Below are positions 51,277 through 61,681 of a DNA stretch of 64,000 bases, in pieces; the stretch's first letter is position 1, and every line of letters begins with the position of its first letter. This stretch comes from Methanosarcinales archaeon (GTDB lineage Archaea; Halobacteriota; Methanosarcinia; Methanosarcinales; Methanocomedenaceae), in NCBI GenBank assembly GCA_030627385.1, contig DAOUSF010000002.1, positions 662 through 64,661 on the forward strand. The letters run 5' to 3'. The position numbers and the translations under genes were made by a program. Under the pieces are notes generated by a model, which saw only the letters and a list, made by a program, of their open reading frames with translations, was not told the origin of the DNA and made no database searches.

Positions 51277-51761
51277 TCTTAATAGGAATTACTTCCACAG
51301 TGGGTATTAGCTTTGGCTATCTAATGTGCCAGGTCTTGCGCAGTAGCCCGCATAGCATCGGCAGGATCGGGATACTCCTGATAATCAATATCAGGGTCAC
51401 GATAGATATCTTTGCATATCTGTCGGTTGATCTTATCTGCCACACCAAGGCCGATCAGCCGTATAAGTGCAGGAAAGCAGCAGTATCAGGTTTTTCCAAA
51501 TCGATATAGAACAGCTAGCAGTATCCCCGGCAGTGCACCCATCGACACCCGAGACCACCACCCGGACAGCGAACAAGCACACCAAACACCCCCGAGTCCC
51601 GGCTATGGGGTCAGGACCGTGGGGCTGCTGGAATCATAAGTTGTGGCAGTAACAGCACCGCACACATATCGGCTGCCGTGACAGGAAAGATAGACGTCCG
51701 TGAAGCTGTATAGCAGAGTTGATAGAAAATTATTTACCTTACACCGTCTTACTAGTAAACC

Positions 51762-51989
51762 GTGCAAACCATAACAATAAGCGCCAAAGGACAGGTAGTA
51801 ATACCTGCCAGCATAAGGAAAAAGTTCAACCTGATACAAGGGGAAAAACTTGCCATCATGGAAGAAGAAGGTTATATCAAAATGATACCCCCGGCGGACC
51901 TTACTTCGCTTTGCGGAGCATGGTCTGACCTTGATACCAAAACCATAAGAAAGCAGATAGAAGACATGCGCAAAGAGGAACGATACTGA
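51762..51989 (+). CDS. vapB: AbrB/SpoVT-fold antitoxin (VapB-like)
   Basis: GTG start. ITISAKGQVVIPASIRKKFNL swapped-hairpin motif. TGATG overlap with the PIN gene. Confidence 0.8.
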   Translation: MQTITISAKGQVVIPASIRKKFNLIQGEKLAIMEEEGYIKMIPPADLTSLCGAWSDLDTKTIRKQIEDMRKEERY

Positions 51990-52402
51990 TGATCAGGATT
52001 CTGATCGACACCATGCACATAGCTGATATCCTGATAGACGACTCATATATTGAGCTTGCCAAAGCATTGCAGAATAAAAAAATAACAGGCCTGGTCTCAG
52101 TAGTCACACTCACAGAATTAATCAAAATTCGTGGTAAGAAAGATAATAAACAAATGCACAGCGATCTCAACAATCTTATCGCCTCCAATCTGGTCTTTGT
52201 GGACGTAAGCGACACGATCGCCATACGTGCCGGCGAATTGCGCCTGAAATATGACATTCCCACTATTGATTCAATCATTGCAGCCACAGGCATAGTCAAT
52301 AATGTCAAGCACATTCTAACAGACGATGATCACTTCAAACCGCTGAAAAACACGATCAAACCTATTGATTTGAAAAGTGCCCTGAAACTTGCCTTAAAAT
52401 AA
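51989..52402 (+). CDS. vapC: PIN-domain toxin (VapC-like)
   Basis: Acidic residues in PIN-typical positions (ILIDT, LTELI, IDSIIAAT, LTDDDHF). 137 aa. Confidence 0.8.
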   Translation: MIRILIDTMHIADILIDDSYIELAKALQNKKITGLVSVVTLTELIKIRGKKDNKQMHSDLNNLIASNLVFVDVSDTIAIRAGELRLKYDIPTIDSIIAATGIVNNVKHILTDDDHFKPLKNTIKPIDLKSALKLALK

Positions 52403-52407
52403 AGAAT

Positions 52408-52632
52408 ATGACAAACATCTCAGAAAAGAGCTTTGAACAGACCATCGAATATATGCTCATCGCAGTTTTACCAGCCAAAGAAGGGTCAATCAGCGAAATT
52501 ACCCCCAATCTTCATCAATTTCATCCCTGGCGTCTGCTTGACACCCTCGTCGCACACATTATTCAAGGTCACATCCGCATACCTACTCCCCGCAGACTGG
52601 ACCGCGGGCAGGCACACCAAACATCCCCGTAG
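52408..52632 (+). pseudogene. Short gene fragment; N-terminus resembles restriction/helicase R-subunit starts
   Basis: MTNISEKSFEQTIEYMLIA looks like a real N-terminus, but the frame degenerates into a low-quality sequence and stops after 74 codons. The family call is from memory only. Confidence 0.3.
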
Positions 52633-52948
52633 GCATGACAGCAGGCGGGAGCCTCTAAGAGTACCGAAAATCCAACCCCTCATTGCTACTAACTCAAGCA
52701 TAATCCTAAGCAGTGCAACCGCCACTCCGAACACTAGCGAGCCCTTTGATGGCGTCTGGTCAGTGGATGAGGGGTCGGTTGTGGGGATAACATTAAAACC
52801 TGAACACTGTTCGTCAATTATGTGGGGGTTGACGATGATGAATTGTATTTTTCTAATATCGTAAAATGATTGATCATCCGGAATAAATCAAAAAGCTACG
52901 GCCTGCATTCCAATACAATTAAATAATGTGGGCCTTTGATGAAGTAAC

Positions 52949-53254
52949 ATGGCACAACTCGGAGTCGCTTTTATCAGGGGCCTGAACATGTTCGGCCAGA
53001 ACCGAATAACAGTGGAGGAGATGCGAAGCCTGTTGATAGAAATCGAAGATGATAGCCTGCATATCATAGACCTTTACAGAGCAGATAACATAATCTTTGA
53101 GAAGACCGGAATCCACTATGCAGAGGTAGGACTGCGGATACAGGCAGTACTATACCACCATTTTGGAAAAGAGATAATGGTAACCACACGCTCGTCCAAT
53201 ACACTGAACGGACTTATGAATAAAATATATGGGCAGGATTATCAGAACTTGTGA
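52949..53254 (+). CDS. DUF1697-like protein, apparently C-terminally truncated
   Basis: [24 protein letters not shown] .. ADNIIFEK matches the DUF1697 N-terminal pattern (LLRGINVGG.NKV.M.ELR). Only 101 aa, and it overlaps the trpS 3' end by 13 nt. Confidence 0.5.
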   Translation: MAQLGVAFIRGLNMFGQNRITVEEMRSLLIEIEDDSLHIIDLYRADNIIFEKTGIHYAEVGLRIQAVLYHHFGKEIMVTTRSSNTLNGLMNKIYGQDYQNL

Positions 53255-54546
53255 TCGATCCCGAACTCGGGCAGTCGCTCCTTTGCAGCCTCACGCTTCT
53301 TTTGGTGGTCGGTCAGGAATTCTTCCATGAGACCCGCAGCCCGTTTCTTGCAGGTTCCGCACATCAGGTCCCCTGACATACAATCTTTCCTGATCTCCAG
53401 CACCTCGTTATCGTCCTCGACCAGATGGTACAGCATCAGTTCATACACCGTACATTCATCAGGCACTCCGCCGTGCTCCTTTTGCTCTTCCAGTGTCACC
53501 CGGCCTCCTGTCCTGGCGCGCATGATCTTCTTTGCAGCTGATTTTGGCTCTTCGGTAAGTGCGATGATGCTGTCCGGGATGCTGCTGCTCATCTTGCCGC
53601 CCTGCAGCCCTGTCATGAATTTGTGGTACGTAGATGCCGGCGGCATGAAGGCATAGCCTCCAACCAGCAGTTCAACGTCCCTGACCGCATCCTGCACATG
53701 TTCCATATCGCCTTTCACATCGATATGTCCATCGAACATCTTGATATCATCCTTATCAAAGTCCAATGCCAGTCGTTTTGCCAGGGTCCTGAATGCTTTT
53801 TCAGGTGCCGATTTGGAGTATACCTTAACTACACCATCAGTCTGGAATACATGGAACATGTTCACCTTATCTGCCAGTCCCCTGGTCAGCCTGATATGTG
53901 GGTCCTGGTCCGCACCCACTGGTATGACGACCGGGCGTGGCCCTCCTAACTCCTGGAGTTGGGGGTGCAGGATATCGGCACTCTGCATCGTGGCCGAGAC
54001 CATATGTGCTATATTGGTCTCGCCGTTAAATCCATAGATGGCGCTCAGTTCCGAAAAATTGGCCTTGACACCGAGTTCAAAGGCCAGGTCGCGCACCTGT
54101 GGGCTTGTGGACTGTGAATAGATCCGCCCGCCCTCCGGTTCGAAACCCAGGGCTATGAGGCTTAAGATATATTCCTCCACCCCGATACGCCTGCACTCCT
54201 CCCACGAGATACCACGTACGCTGTGCGCTTCCATGTCGGCCACTGCCATGAACACTGTCCCGCCCTGCTGCTGGTGCCAGATAATTTCCTCCATCACCAT
54301 CTTGTGGCCCAGGTGGATGCGGCCCGAAGGCATGAACCCGCTCATGGCGCTGAATGGTTTTTTGGAGTTCATGGCATCTAATATAGAATCGTAACTACGG
54401 TGTCCGAAGATAATACCGCGGCGCATAAAGCGGTGGGGATGCTTGATACGGGGCAGCAGTTCATCGAAGCGGGATATGCCAAATTCGTCAAAGAGTTTCT
54501 GGTAGTCGTCTATGGATGATGATTCCCAGGGATTAATTTCATTCAT
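53242..54546 (-). CDS. trpS: Tryptophanyl-tRNA synthetase (archaeal/eukaryotic type)
   Basis: FGISRF .. [12 protein letters not shown] .. PSGRIHLGH (HIGH-like) and KMSSS. 434 aa. Confidence 0.88.
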   Translation of the reverse strand: MNEINPWESSSIDDYQKLFDEFGISRFDELLPRIKHPHRFMRRGIIFGHRSYDSILDAMNSKKPFSAMSGFMPSGRIHLGHKMVMEEIIWHQQQGGTVFMAVADMEAHSVRGISWEECRRIGVEEYILSLIALGFEPEGGRIYSQSTSPQVRDLAFELGVKANFSELSAIYGFNGETNIAHMVSATMQSADILHPQLQELGGPRPVVIPVGADQDPHIRLTRGLADKVNMFHVFQTDGVVKVYSKSAPEKAFRTLAKRLALDFDKDDIKMFDGHIDVKGDMEHVQDAVRDVELLVGGYAFMPPASTYHKFMTGLQGGKMSSSIPDSIIALTEEPKSAAKKIMRARTGGRVTLEEQKEHGGVPDECTVYELMLYHLVEDDNEVLEIRKDCMSGDLMCGTCKKRAAGLMEEFLTDHQKKREAAKERLPEFGIDHKF

Positions 54547-54609
54547 GGTCGAAGTGAATAAATAGCAATCTGGTAAATAATTGTTTCCATTCCGGGCCTG
54601 CCTGGACTG

Positions 54610-55314
54610 TTACCTGTACATTCCATAGTGGTCATCTGTGGATTTAGCGGCCTGTTTCCTAAGAACGGTAAGATGCTTCTCCACATTTTCGGCTTCGTTA
54701 TACAGAGGTTCAAGGTCGATCCTGATGGTATCCATAAGCTTGTCGATCATTTCTATCACATGGGCTGCTGTCCTGGCATCTGAAATGTTGTTACCTTTCT
54801 GGACAATAGGTACTAACACTTTCAGCCCCCGTATCTTGCCTTCATTAAGGAGCACGCCGGAAATACCTGGAATCATGCTGTGGATAAGCGGTTCAATTTC
54901 AAGTTGTTCCAGTTCCTTCCTGGCAGCATCCGTACTTCCTATTCCAAAGAGTTTGGAACCATCTTCATCCAATATCTGTGTCTCCGGGGAAATTATTCTT
55001 GAACATCCGGCTTCTTCTGCAAATGACAGGACAGTGTTGGCAACAGTCCTTGCCATTGGCGGGTAGGGTGTGAATTCAGAAAGGAAGACCACTATCTTTG
55101 CCTTTTCATCGGCATATATCCTGGCAGGGAATTTGGGTTTTGAGTCATAAATCATTGAAACAGGCGGGAACTCATCAGAGTCGAGACCGCATATCTGGTC
55201 AAGGTTCAGAACGTTAACTAGGTAGCTGGCTACAATTGAGTTTATGAGGCTGGTGGATGGAAAACCATTGATTATAGTTGAGTCTTCCAGGTCAATTTCT
55301 TTATATCTGTGCAT
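54610..55314 (-). CDS. Proteasome assembly chaperone (PAC2) family protein
   Basis: INGFPSTSLINSIVASYLV .. typical PAC2 N-terminus. Start at ATG 55314 or 55326. Confidence 0.75.
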   Translation of the reverse strand: MHRYKEIDLEDSTIINGFPSTSLINSIVASYLVNVLNLDQICGLDSDEFPPVSMIYDSKPKFPARIYADEKAKIVVFLSEFTPYPPMARTVANTVLSFAEEAGCSRIISPETQILDEDGSKLFGIGSTDAARKELEQLEIEPLIHSMIPGISGVLLNEGKIRGLKVLVPIVQKGNNISDARTAAHVIEMIDKLMDTIRIDLEPLYNEAENVEKHLTVLRKQAAKSTDDHYGMYR

Positions 55315-55773
55315 GATTATTTCCATTTTTTCACCTTTTTTGAGTTATAGGTATCAATATATTCGTTTCAACCTTTTAAAGGTATCAAAATTGTGGATTG
55401 AATTCACTATTTTTAGAATACCTGGAAGCCTCAAGATGTGTTGAATCTAATTTTGTTTCATTTGAATTTGAAAATTTGGCAATTTTCTTACCTGACATCA
55501 GCATTATTTCATCAATATAGATATAGTTTTAAAGGGAGTCTGTAATGAGGACTCCTTTACAAACCTTTGATATTTTTGCCACCAAAGGTGGACTTTGTGA
55601 GTATTTTAACCTGTTGCTTTGATCAAATCTGCCGCAATATCAATTTCATCTGGCAGTCATTAATAGCGCAACGTTTGATGTGAAGATAAATTCAGGCAAT
55701 CTAAAAAAAACAGATAGTTTCTTAAGTCAAAATGCTAATTTGACTGTTTCAATATAATATAAAACAGCTATCT

Positions 55774-57507
55774 TCAAAATGTTAAAATGAATACACTCCC
55801 CTCACCCAGTGTACTTTCCACCCTAATCGCCCCACCCTGCCCTTCCATTATACTTTTTGTGATAGCCAGCCCAAGTCCTGAACCACCATAGGGGCGGGCA
55901 TAAGTATTATCGATCTGGTAAAATGTGTTAAATATTTTATTGATCTTGTCGGGCGGGATACCTATCCCGTCGTCTTTCACATGTACTTCAATATATTTCC
56001 CTGATTCGAAAGCTTTTATTTCCACATTCCCACCATTGGGCGTGAATTTCAATGCATTACTTAATAGGTTAACAAACACCTGGATCAGTTTATCTTTATC
56101 AGCATTGATCTTTGTAAGGCCGGTAGGGATGTCGGTAGTAATGTTTATATTCTTTTCTTCTGATTGCTTTTTCATTGTTTCAATAGCAGAATAAATAATC
56201 TCACCAATATCCAGCATTTCCTTCCTGAATCTCATATTGCCTGATTCGATCCTTGAAATATCCAGCATGTCGTTTACCATTCTTGTCTGGCGGTCGATAT
56301 TCCTTACGATCAACTCAAGCATTTCCCTTCTGACATCCACATCCGGGTCATTTTGCAACAGGAATTCAGCTGAAGTTTTCATAGGGGTCAGCGGAGTCTT
56401 TAATTCATGCGAGACCATTGACACAAAATCCGATTTCAGCTTGTCCAGTTCCATTAGTTTTTTATTCGCCCGCTTCAGGAGTTCATTGGATTTTGTGATC
56501 TCACTGGTCTTGCCGGCCACCTCAAGTTCCAGTGATTTATTCCATCTTGTCAGTAACAGGATAATTGAAAAACTTCCCAGTAAAAGGAAAATACCTGATA
56601 CGCCGATGAACACGCCTTGTTTCACATAAACAGAATTTATCAGTGTGTCCACTTCCGATGCCGGTGATGTCACTGCAACAGACCATAGCTGGTTACGCCA
56701 GTGAATAGGAGAATAAGCTATTAATCTCTTTTCAGAACCATTCATCTCCAAATAATAACCTGTGCCTTCAGAACCATTCATCTGTTGATGGAGTATCTGC
56801 TGTAGATATGGACTTTCATTACCCAGTTTTTCCAGATAATTCCGTCCCCAGCGGTATCTATTGGAACTGTCATACAATATTGTCCCTCGCTTATCGATCA
56901 TATAAATCTCATGCGGGGATTCACAATTGTCCAGGAATCGGTCTGAAATATCCGATATCCTTATTATCACAATTACGACGCCTTTGAACTCGTCACCCTT
57001 ATAAACAGGTGTCCAGATAAAAACCCCCATCCCCCCCTCCAATAAGAATGTGGGGCTTGAAATGTAAATCTCCCTGTTGTCCCTGGCTCGTTCAAATGCC
57101 AATTCCTGGTTATTTTCATAAAGGTCATAACCAAGCGGACTGTTTTCCTCAGGATATCCAAGGGTCAAGATACCGCTTTCGTTCACGAATTCAATAACAT
57201 ATATGCCAGTTGTTTCATTATAGACATTAATAAAAGAAGTTACCACTTCATCAGGTGGTTTATCCGATATCTCATTGGCCAGTATTTCAATGATTGTAGT
57301 CTTCTGGTTTAAAAATTCCTCAATTCCATCCGTGGACTGCCTTGCAAGTAACAGCTGTTGTTCATTGAACTGTTCCTGTACTATATTCTGTACCTCTTCA
57401 TTACTCCTGGATCCAAGAAATATAATAAGGGAAATGGCAAAAATACAAATAACCAGGATTGTCAGCAGATTATACTTATGATCCTTGAATATTAGATTCG
57501 ATACCAT
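55774..57507 (-). CDS. Sensor histidine kinase with extracytoplasmic Cache-like domain
   Basis: TM, periplasmic domain, TM, then the HisKA H-box SHELKTPLT. HATPase N and G boxes (NLLSNALKF, DDGIGIP, GGSGLGLAI). Confidence 0.9.
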   Translation of the reverse strand: MVSNLIFKDHKYNLLTILVICIFAISLIIFLGSRSNEEVQNIVQEQFNEQQLLLARQSTDGIEEFLNQKTTIIEILANEISDKPPDEVVTSFINVYNETTGIYVIEFVNESGILTLGYPEENSPLGYDLYENNQELAFERARDNREIYISSPTFLLEGGMGVFIWTPVYKGDEFKGVVIVIIRISDISDRFLDNCESPHEIYMIDKRGTILYDSSNRYRWGRNYLEKLGNESPYLQQILHQQMNGSEGTGYYLEMNGSEKRLIAYSPIHWRNQLWSVAVTSPASEVDTLINSVYVKQGVFIGVSGIFLLLGSFSIILLLTRWNKSLELEVAGKTSEITKSNELLKRANKKLMELDKLKSDFVSMVSHELKTPLTPMKTSAEFLLQNDPDVDVRREMLELIVRNIDRQTRMVNDMLDISRIESGNMRFRKEMLDIGEIIYSAIETMKKQSEEKNINITTDIPTGLTKINADKDKLIQVFVNLLSNALKFTPNGGNVEIKAFESGKYIEVHVKDDGIGIPPDKINKIFNTFYQIDNTYARPYGGSGLGLAITKSIMEGQGGAIRVESTLGEGSVFILTF

Positions 57508-57543
57508 TTGAATGAAATAAATATATCCGGGTCGTTGACCTGA

Positions 57544-58056
57544 TCAAACGCCGGTTCTACGAAGTATCATCTTTATCCTGGCCTTTAACTCACCCAGGTC
57601 GAACGGTTTGGTAACATAATCATCAGCACCGGTCTCTATCCCTTCTATCTTATCATCGATCTCGCCTTTGGCTGTTAACATTATTATCGGGATTGAGCCA
57701 GTTAATGTATCATCCTTTAACACATTGCACACCTCGAACCCGTCCATGCCTGGCATCATCAGGTCCAGCAGTATCAAATCCGGATGATTCGATCTTGTCT
57801 TTTCAATAGCTTCCATGCCGCTGGATGCTTCAACCACCAGGTAATCTTCAGCTTCAAGTGCCCTTTTAAGAGGTATCAGGGTATCAAGTTCATCATCCAC
57901 TATCAGTATCTTTTGCCTTGTATCTGACAGCATCTCAAGTTTTTCTTTTACTTCTTCTTCGCTGATTTGAAGTAATTCAGCAATGCGGGAATAAGGCATT
58001 TCAGGGTCTTTTTTAATAATATTTATTATCTCTTTATCTATCTCGTCCGGATTCAT
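57544..58056 (-). CDS. Response regulator: N-terminal HTH-like segment + receiver domain
   Basis: IINIIKKDPEMPYSRIAELLQISEEEVKEKL, then the REC domain (ILIVDDE, LILLDLMMPGMDG, LTAKG). Confidence 0.88.
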   Translation of the reverse strand: MNPDEIDKEIINIIKKDPEMPYSRIAELLQISEEEVKEKLEMLSDTRQKILIVDDELDTLIPLKRALEAEDYLVVEASSGMEAIEKTRSNHPDLILLDLMMPGMDGFEVCNVLKDDTLTGSIPIIMLTAKGEIDDKIEGIETGADDYVTKPFDLGELKARIKMILRRTGV

Positions 58057-58209
58057 AAAACCACCAAATTAACAGACAAACTATTTAATATATCAAATGA
58101 AGTCATTATACTTAAGATTTATCAAAGTATACGCAAACCTTTCTACCAATTATCATATCTCATAAATATATAGTAAGCCTTATTACTGGTTAACTGATAT
58201 TATGTAGTA

Positions 58210-58491
58210 ATGACTGCGCTTGAAAAAATATTCGGACGGACTGCACAAATGACAGTCCTTGAAAATCTGATAAAACACCAGAATGAATCCACTTACCTTT
58301 CAGGAATCGCAGAAGAGACCGGACTGTCCCATTCAAGTGTGGCAAGAGTGATCGACCCATTGCTAAAAGCCGACGTTGTTATTGAAAAACGCCTTGGTAA
58401 ACAGATCCGTACATTCAAATTGAACATGGATAACAAAACCACAAAACTGATACTGGATTTTCATATAAAACTCAATAAAGAATTTGAATGA
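58210..58491 (+). CDS. Winged-helix transcriptional regulator (93 aa)
   Basis: YLSGIAEETGLSHSSVARVIDPLLKADVV HTH motif. Confidence 0.65.
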   Translation: MTALEKIFGRTAQMTVLENLIKHQNESTYLSGIAEETGLSHSSVARVIDPLLKADVVIEKRLGKQIRTFKLNMDNKTTKLILDFHIKLNKEFE

Positions 58492-58516
58492 CTTATGGCT
58501 CATTTAATATAATGAT

Positions 58517-59608
58517 CTAAGCCTCAAAAAATCCGAAAGGACTCTCAAAAAGATATCTCACCAGGGATTCAGGCCGGGCATCTGTACTTTCTGTACTGCC
58601 AAACAGGATCCTTGATAATGAAGGCTTATTTTTATAACTCACAGTCGGCTCACCTTCGATACCACCCAGTTTAGCCGCCACATCAATAGCATCATACAGG
58701 TTCCCTGTCTCATCAACCAACCCCAGTTCTACAGCCCTGTTTCCCGTATATATCCTGCCGTCAGCCATGTCCTTCACTTCAGACCTGTTTAAGCCCCTTC
58801 CGCTGGCAATCTCATCAATGAATCGACCGTAAGCCTCCAGGACCACCTCCTCTGAATATTGCTTTTCAGCATCGCTCAGTCCCCTCCAGTTGGCACCCAT
58901 ATCCTTGAAATCTCCGCTCTTTGCCACGTAATATTCCACACCCTCCTCATCAAAATACCGAGAACTGTTCTCGAACACCCAGATAACTCCAATACTGCCT
59001 GTCATAGTATCCGGGTTGGCGATAATGTGGTCTGCTGGTGCTGAGATATAATAAGCTGCACTGGCTGCCACATCACCCATTGATATTACCACAGGCTTTT
59101 TTTCCTGTGCTTTTTTTATCTCTGACACAATCTCCTGGGCCGAGGCAGGTGTACCGCCCGGGCTATTTATGCGCAGCACTATGGCCTTAACGTTCTTATC
59201 ATCGGCAGCATCCTGGATGCTCTTGCTGATCTCTTCCGATGTGGCATATCCTAACCCTCCCGGTAAATTGCCTGTTATCATTATACCTTGTACATATATC
59301 ACAGCAACCTTATCGGAATCCATGGGCAAGGTGTCGAAATCTCCAAAAATGACGAACAAGCTCCCGCCAATTATAGTCAATAGTCCAACAAATACCAGCA
59401 GATAGATAAAAACACGCCCTGCTCCTGAACCTTTTTTCCGGGGTTTAAGGACGGGAGCCTCAGCAGGACCCACCGGTCCGTTATCAATTTGGCTGGTTAG
59501 CTCAGTACCACCCATTTGTCCCTCATTGGTTGGTATACTTCCCTGGTCCGTGTTTTCATCTTGCTGGAACATAGTATTTCTGAAGAATATATTCTGCTGG
59601 GATATCAT
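58517..59608 (-). CDS. sppA: Signal peptide peptidase SppA (S49, 36K type)
   Basis: TM anchor. NSPGGTPASAQEI and MGDVAASAAYYIS (catalytic Ser region). Confidence 0.88.
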   Translation of the reverse strand: MISQQNIFFRNTMFQQDENTDQGSIPTNEGQMGGTELTSQIDNGPVGPAEAPVLKPRKKGSGAGRVFIYLLVFVGLLTIIGGSLFVIFGDFDTLPMDSDKVAVIYVQGIMITGNLPGGLGYATSEEISKSIQDAADDKNVKAIVLRINSPGGTPASAQEIVSEIKKAQEKKPVVISMGDVAASAAYYISAPADHIIANPDTMTGSIGVIWVFENSSRYFDEEGVEYYVAKSGDFKDMGANWRGLSDAEKQYSEEVVLEAYGRFIDEIASGRGLNRSEVKDMADGRIYTGNRAVELGLVDETGNLYDAIDVAAKLGGIEGEPTVSYKNKPSLSRILFGSTESTDARPESLVRYLFESPFGFFEA

Positions 59609-59728
59609 AAAATAGTAGGTATGACCGGGGGGCAGTCAATGATTTAAATGCTAAGATAAAACCATTGGAATAAGACCACAGAGGTAAAACTACCGTGGTC
59701 TTCCGGGTTCCACAACGGATAAAAAAAC

Positions 59729-61462
59729 TTATTTCAAATTTCCGATCTTATAGTCCACTATAGCATGTTCCATATAGGTAGCATGCCCTATTTCGATCAA
59801 TTTACTTGTAACAGCAAGCGGATCCCCGTCCATGGTTATATCACCGTTCTCTATCAATATGGCCCTGTGAGCAACTTCATTCACGAAATCCATGTGATGG
59901 CTGATCAATATTATGGTTGTCCCGAACTTTTCACTGATAACTTTCAGGGAATTGGCTACTTCCCGCAAGGTAATAGGGTCCAGGTCACCAAAAGGTTCAT
60001 CCAGCAGCAGGTAATCAGGATTTGTTATCATGGCCAGTGCCAGTGCCGCTCGTACATTCTCCCCACCGCTCATCTGGTATGGTTTGGAATCCAGGACTGA
60101 TATGGGAAGTTTCATTGCCTCAAATATCGGCCCCGCATGCTTCGTGACCTCACCTAAAGGACTTCTCGGGAAGAGCAAGCTAATAATATCCAGTGAATAC
60201 CCCAATCTTTCCAGTTCTTCCTGCGCACCTTCCCCTCCGACATCTGTTAACCTGTATATTGCATCCAGATGTTCATCAGGAATACTCAATTCTTTTGCTT
60301 TTTCCCTTGCAAACTCTAATACATGCATACCCTTGACGCCCAGCTTATAGGCCAGTTGGTGTTTAATTGGCGTATTCGGGTAGAGGGCGAATTCCTGGTA
60401 CATAATGCTGGTTCGCCTGCGCAGTTCCATTCTCTCAGGGGAGTAAATAGTGGTATCCACCCATTTACCATCAAGCAGGAAATTTGTCTCACCCTCGTCA
60501 GGATAAATAAGCCCGTCCATTGCATGTAACAGCGTGGTCTTACCTGCACCACTTGGTCCGATAAGTGCAGTGATCTCAGCTTTTTTGAATTCCACATTCA
60601 TATCCTCGATATCCAGTACTTCTCCCTGCCGTACAAGGAAATAACGCTGGCAAAGGTCCTCGACCCTAATTACGGTCTTGTCTTCTTTCAATTCAGGCAG
60701 TGGCACTTCAGGTTTCATCCCAGTCAGGAATTCCTCAATAAGGTCATCCGGTTTCCCCTCTGCTACGATCTTGCCTTCTTCCAGCCATATCACCTTATCT
60801 GCAAGATAACTGTGTATCTCAGGTAAATGGGAGACAATTATGGTAATGATCCCGGTCTTCTCCTGGACCCTCCTGATCGTATCAAGGACCTCCTGTTTAG
60901 TAGCAGGACAGGTCATGGTAGCAGGTTCATCCAGCAGCAGCAACTTGGGATTGGCTGCGATCTGGCGTGCGATCAATAACCTCTGTTTCTCGCCACCGCT
61001 GAGAACGGGTGAGTAATGTTCAGCTTTATGGTCAAGACCCACGAGTTTGAGGAATTCCATACTCTCGGCATACAGATCATCATAATCGGGATGGTCTCTT
61101 GATGGCAGTGCTTCATGGCCAACACGTAATGAATAAAGGCGCCTGATAATATTCTCTATGGCAGACCCGGGCCAGATACCGAAATTCCTCTGTAAATGGA
61201 TAGCGGTCATACCCTTCATTGCCAGCATGTCCTCATACGGGGAGTCAGGGGTAAGGATAAGATTATCCAGTTGAATTTCACCCTTGTTAAAGTGCTCGAT
61301 ACCTCTTAACACCATCATCAAGGTTGTCTTACCGCTACCACTTCTCCCCATTATCCCGACAATCTCACCATCATTCACTTCGAAATTAATACCATCAAGT
61401 GCCCTGACTGTAGCATCTTCCAACTCGTAGTCTTTTACAAGGTTTTTAACTTTAAGCATCAC
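59729..61462 (-). CDS. atwA: Double-NBD ABC ATPase, likely methyl-coenzyme M reductase system component A2 (AtwA)
   Basis: Two complete NBDs (GRSGSGKTT/LSGGEKQR/LLLDEP and GPSGAGKTT/MSGGENVR/LLLDEP) and no TM domain. The LRGIEHFNKGEI segment resembles A2 proteins. Family call is from memory. Confidence 0.55.
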   Translation of the reverse strand: MMLKVKNLVKDYELEDATVRALDGINFEVNDGEIVGIMGRSGSGKTTLMMVLRGIEHFNKGEIQLDNLILTPDSPYEDMLAMKGMTAIHLQRNFGIWPGSAIENIIRRLYSLRVGHEALPSRDHPDYDDLYAESMEFLKLVGLDHKAEHYSPVLSGGEKQRLLIARQIAANPKLLLLDEPATMTCPATKQEVLDTIRRVQEKTGIITIIVSHLPEIHSYLADKVIWLEEGKIVAEGKPDDLIEEFLTGMKPEVPLPELKEDKTVIRVEDLCQRYFLVRQGEVLDIEDMNVEFKKAEITALIGPSGAGKTTLLHAMDGLIYPDEGETNFLLDGKWVDTTIYSPERMELRRRTSIMYQEFALYPNTPIKHQLAYKLGVKGMHVLEFAREKAKELSIPDEHLDAIYRLTDVGGEGAQEELERLGYSLDIISLLFPRSPLGEVTKHAGPIFEAMKLPISVLDSKPYQMSGGENVRAALALAMITNPDYLLLDEPFGDLDPITLREVANSLKVISEKFGTTIILISHHMDFVNEVAHRAILIENGDITMDGDPLAVTSKLIEIGHATYMEHAIVDYKIGNLK

Positions 61463-61681
61463 AGACGTCCTCCTAAGGTTTTCATTAAGCCGCCTTTTAT
61501 CTGAACTTCATTTAACAGGTAATAGTCACTATTAATGAGAGTTATTCTTCATGCTGTGGTTCCATATATTCATTACGGTAATAGCTTATGGAAATGTTTG
61601 TTTCGACACACACACAAATTTTATGCCAGGGAAACAATAACTATAAAACCATCTCATGATAAATATGAAAAGGTGATAATC

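Noticed and set aside
51300-51652. Three overlapping plus-strand ORFs (69, 75 and 61 aa) in the spacer before vapB.
   Set aside because: They are mutually overlapping, have no SD or motifs, and have biased Pro/Ser/His-rich translations. The region is better explained as degraded sequence or repeat. It is treated under the vapBC finding.
55327-55773. 447-nt intergenic region between the PAC2 gene and the histidine kinase. It has several hairpins (GGAGTC-N9-GACTCC near 55545; GTCAAA-N7-TTTGAC near 55730 followed by an 8-T run on the minus strand) and a 25-codon ORF.
   Set aside because: The hairpin plus T-run fits a terminator for the kinase gene. The rest is AT-rich promoter-like sequence. 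There is no covariation or motif evidence for an ncRNA, and the mini-ORF has no support.
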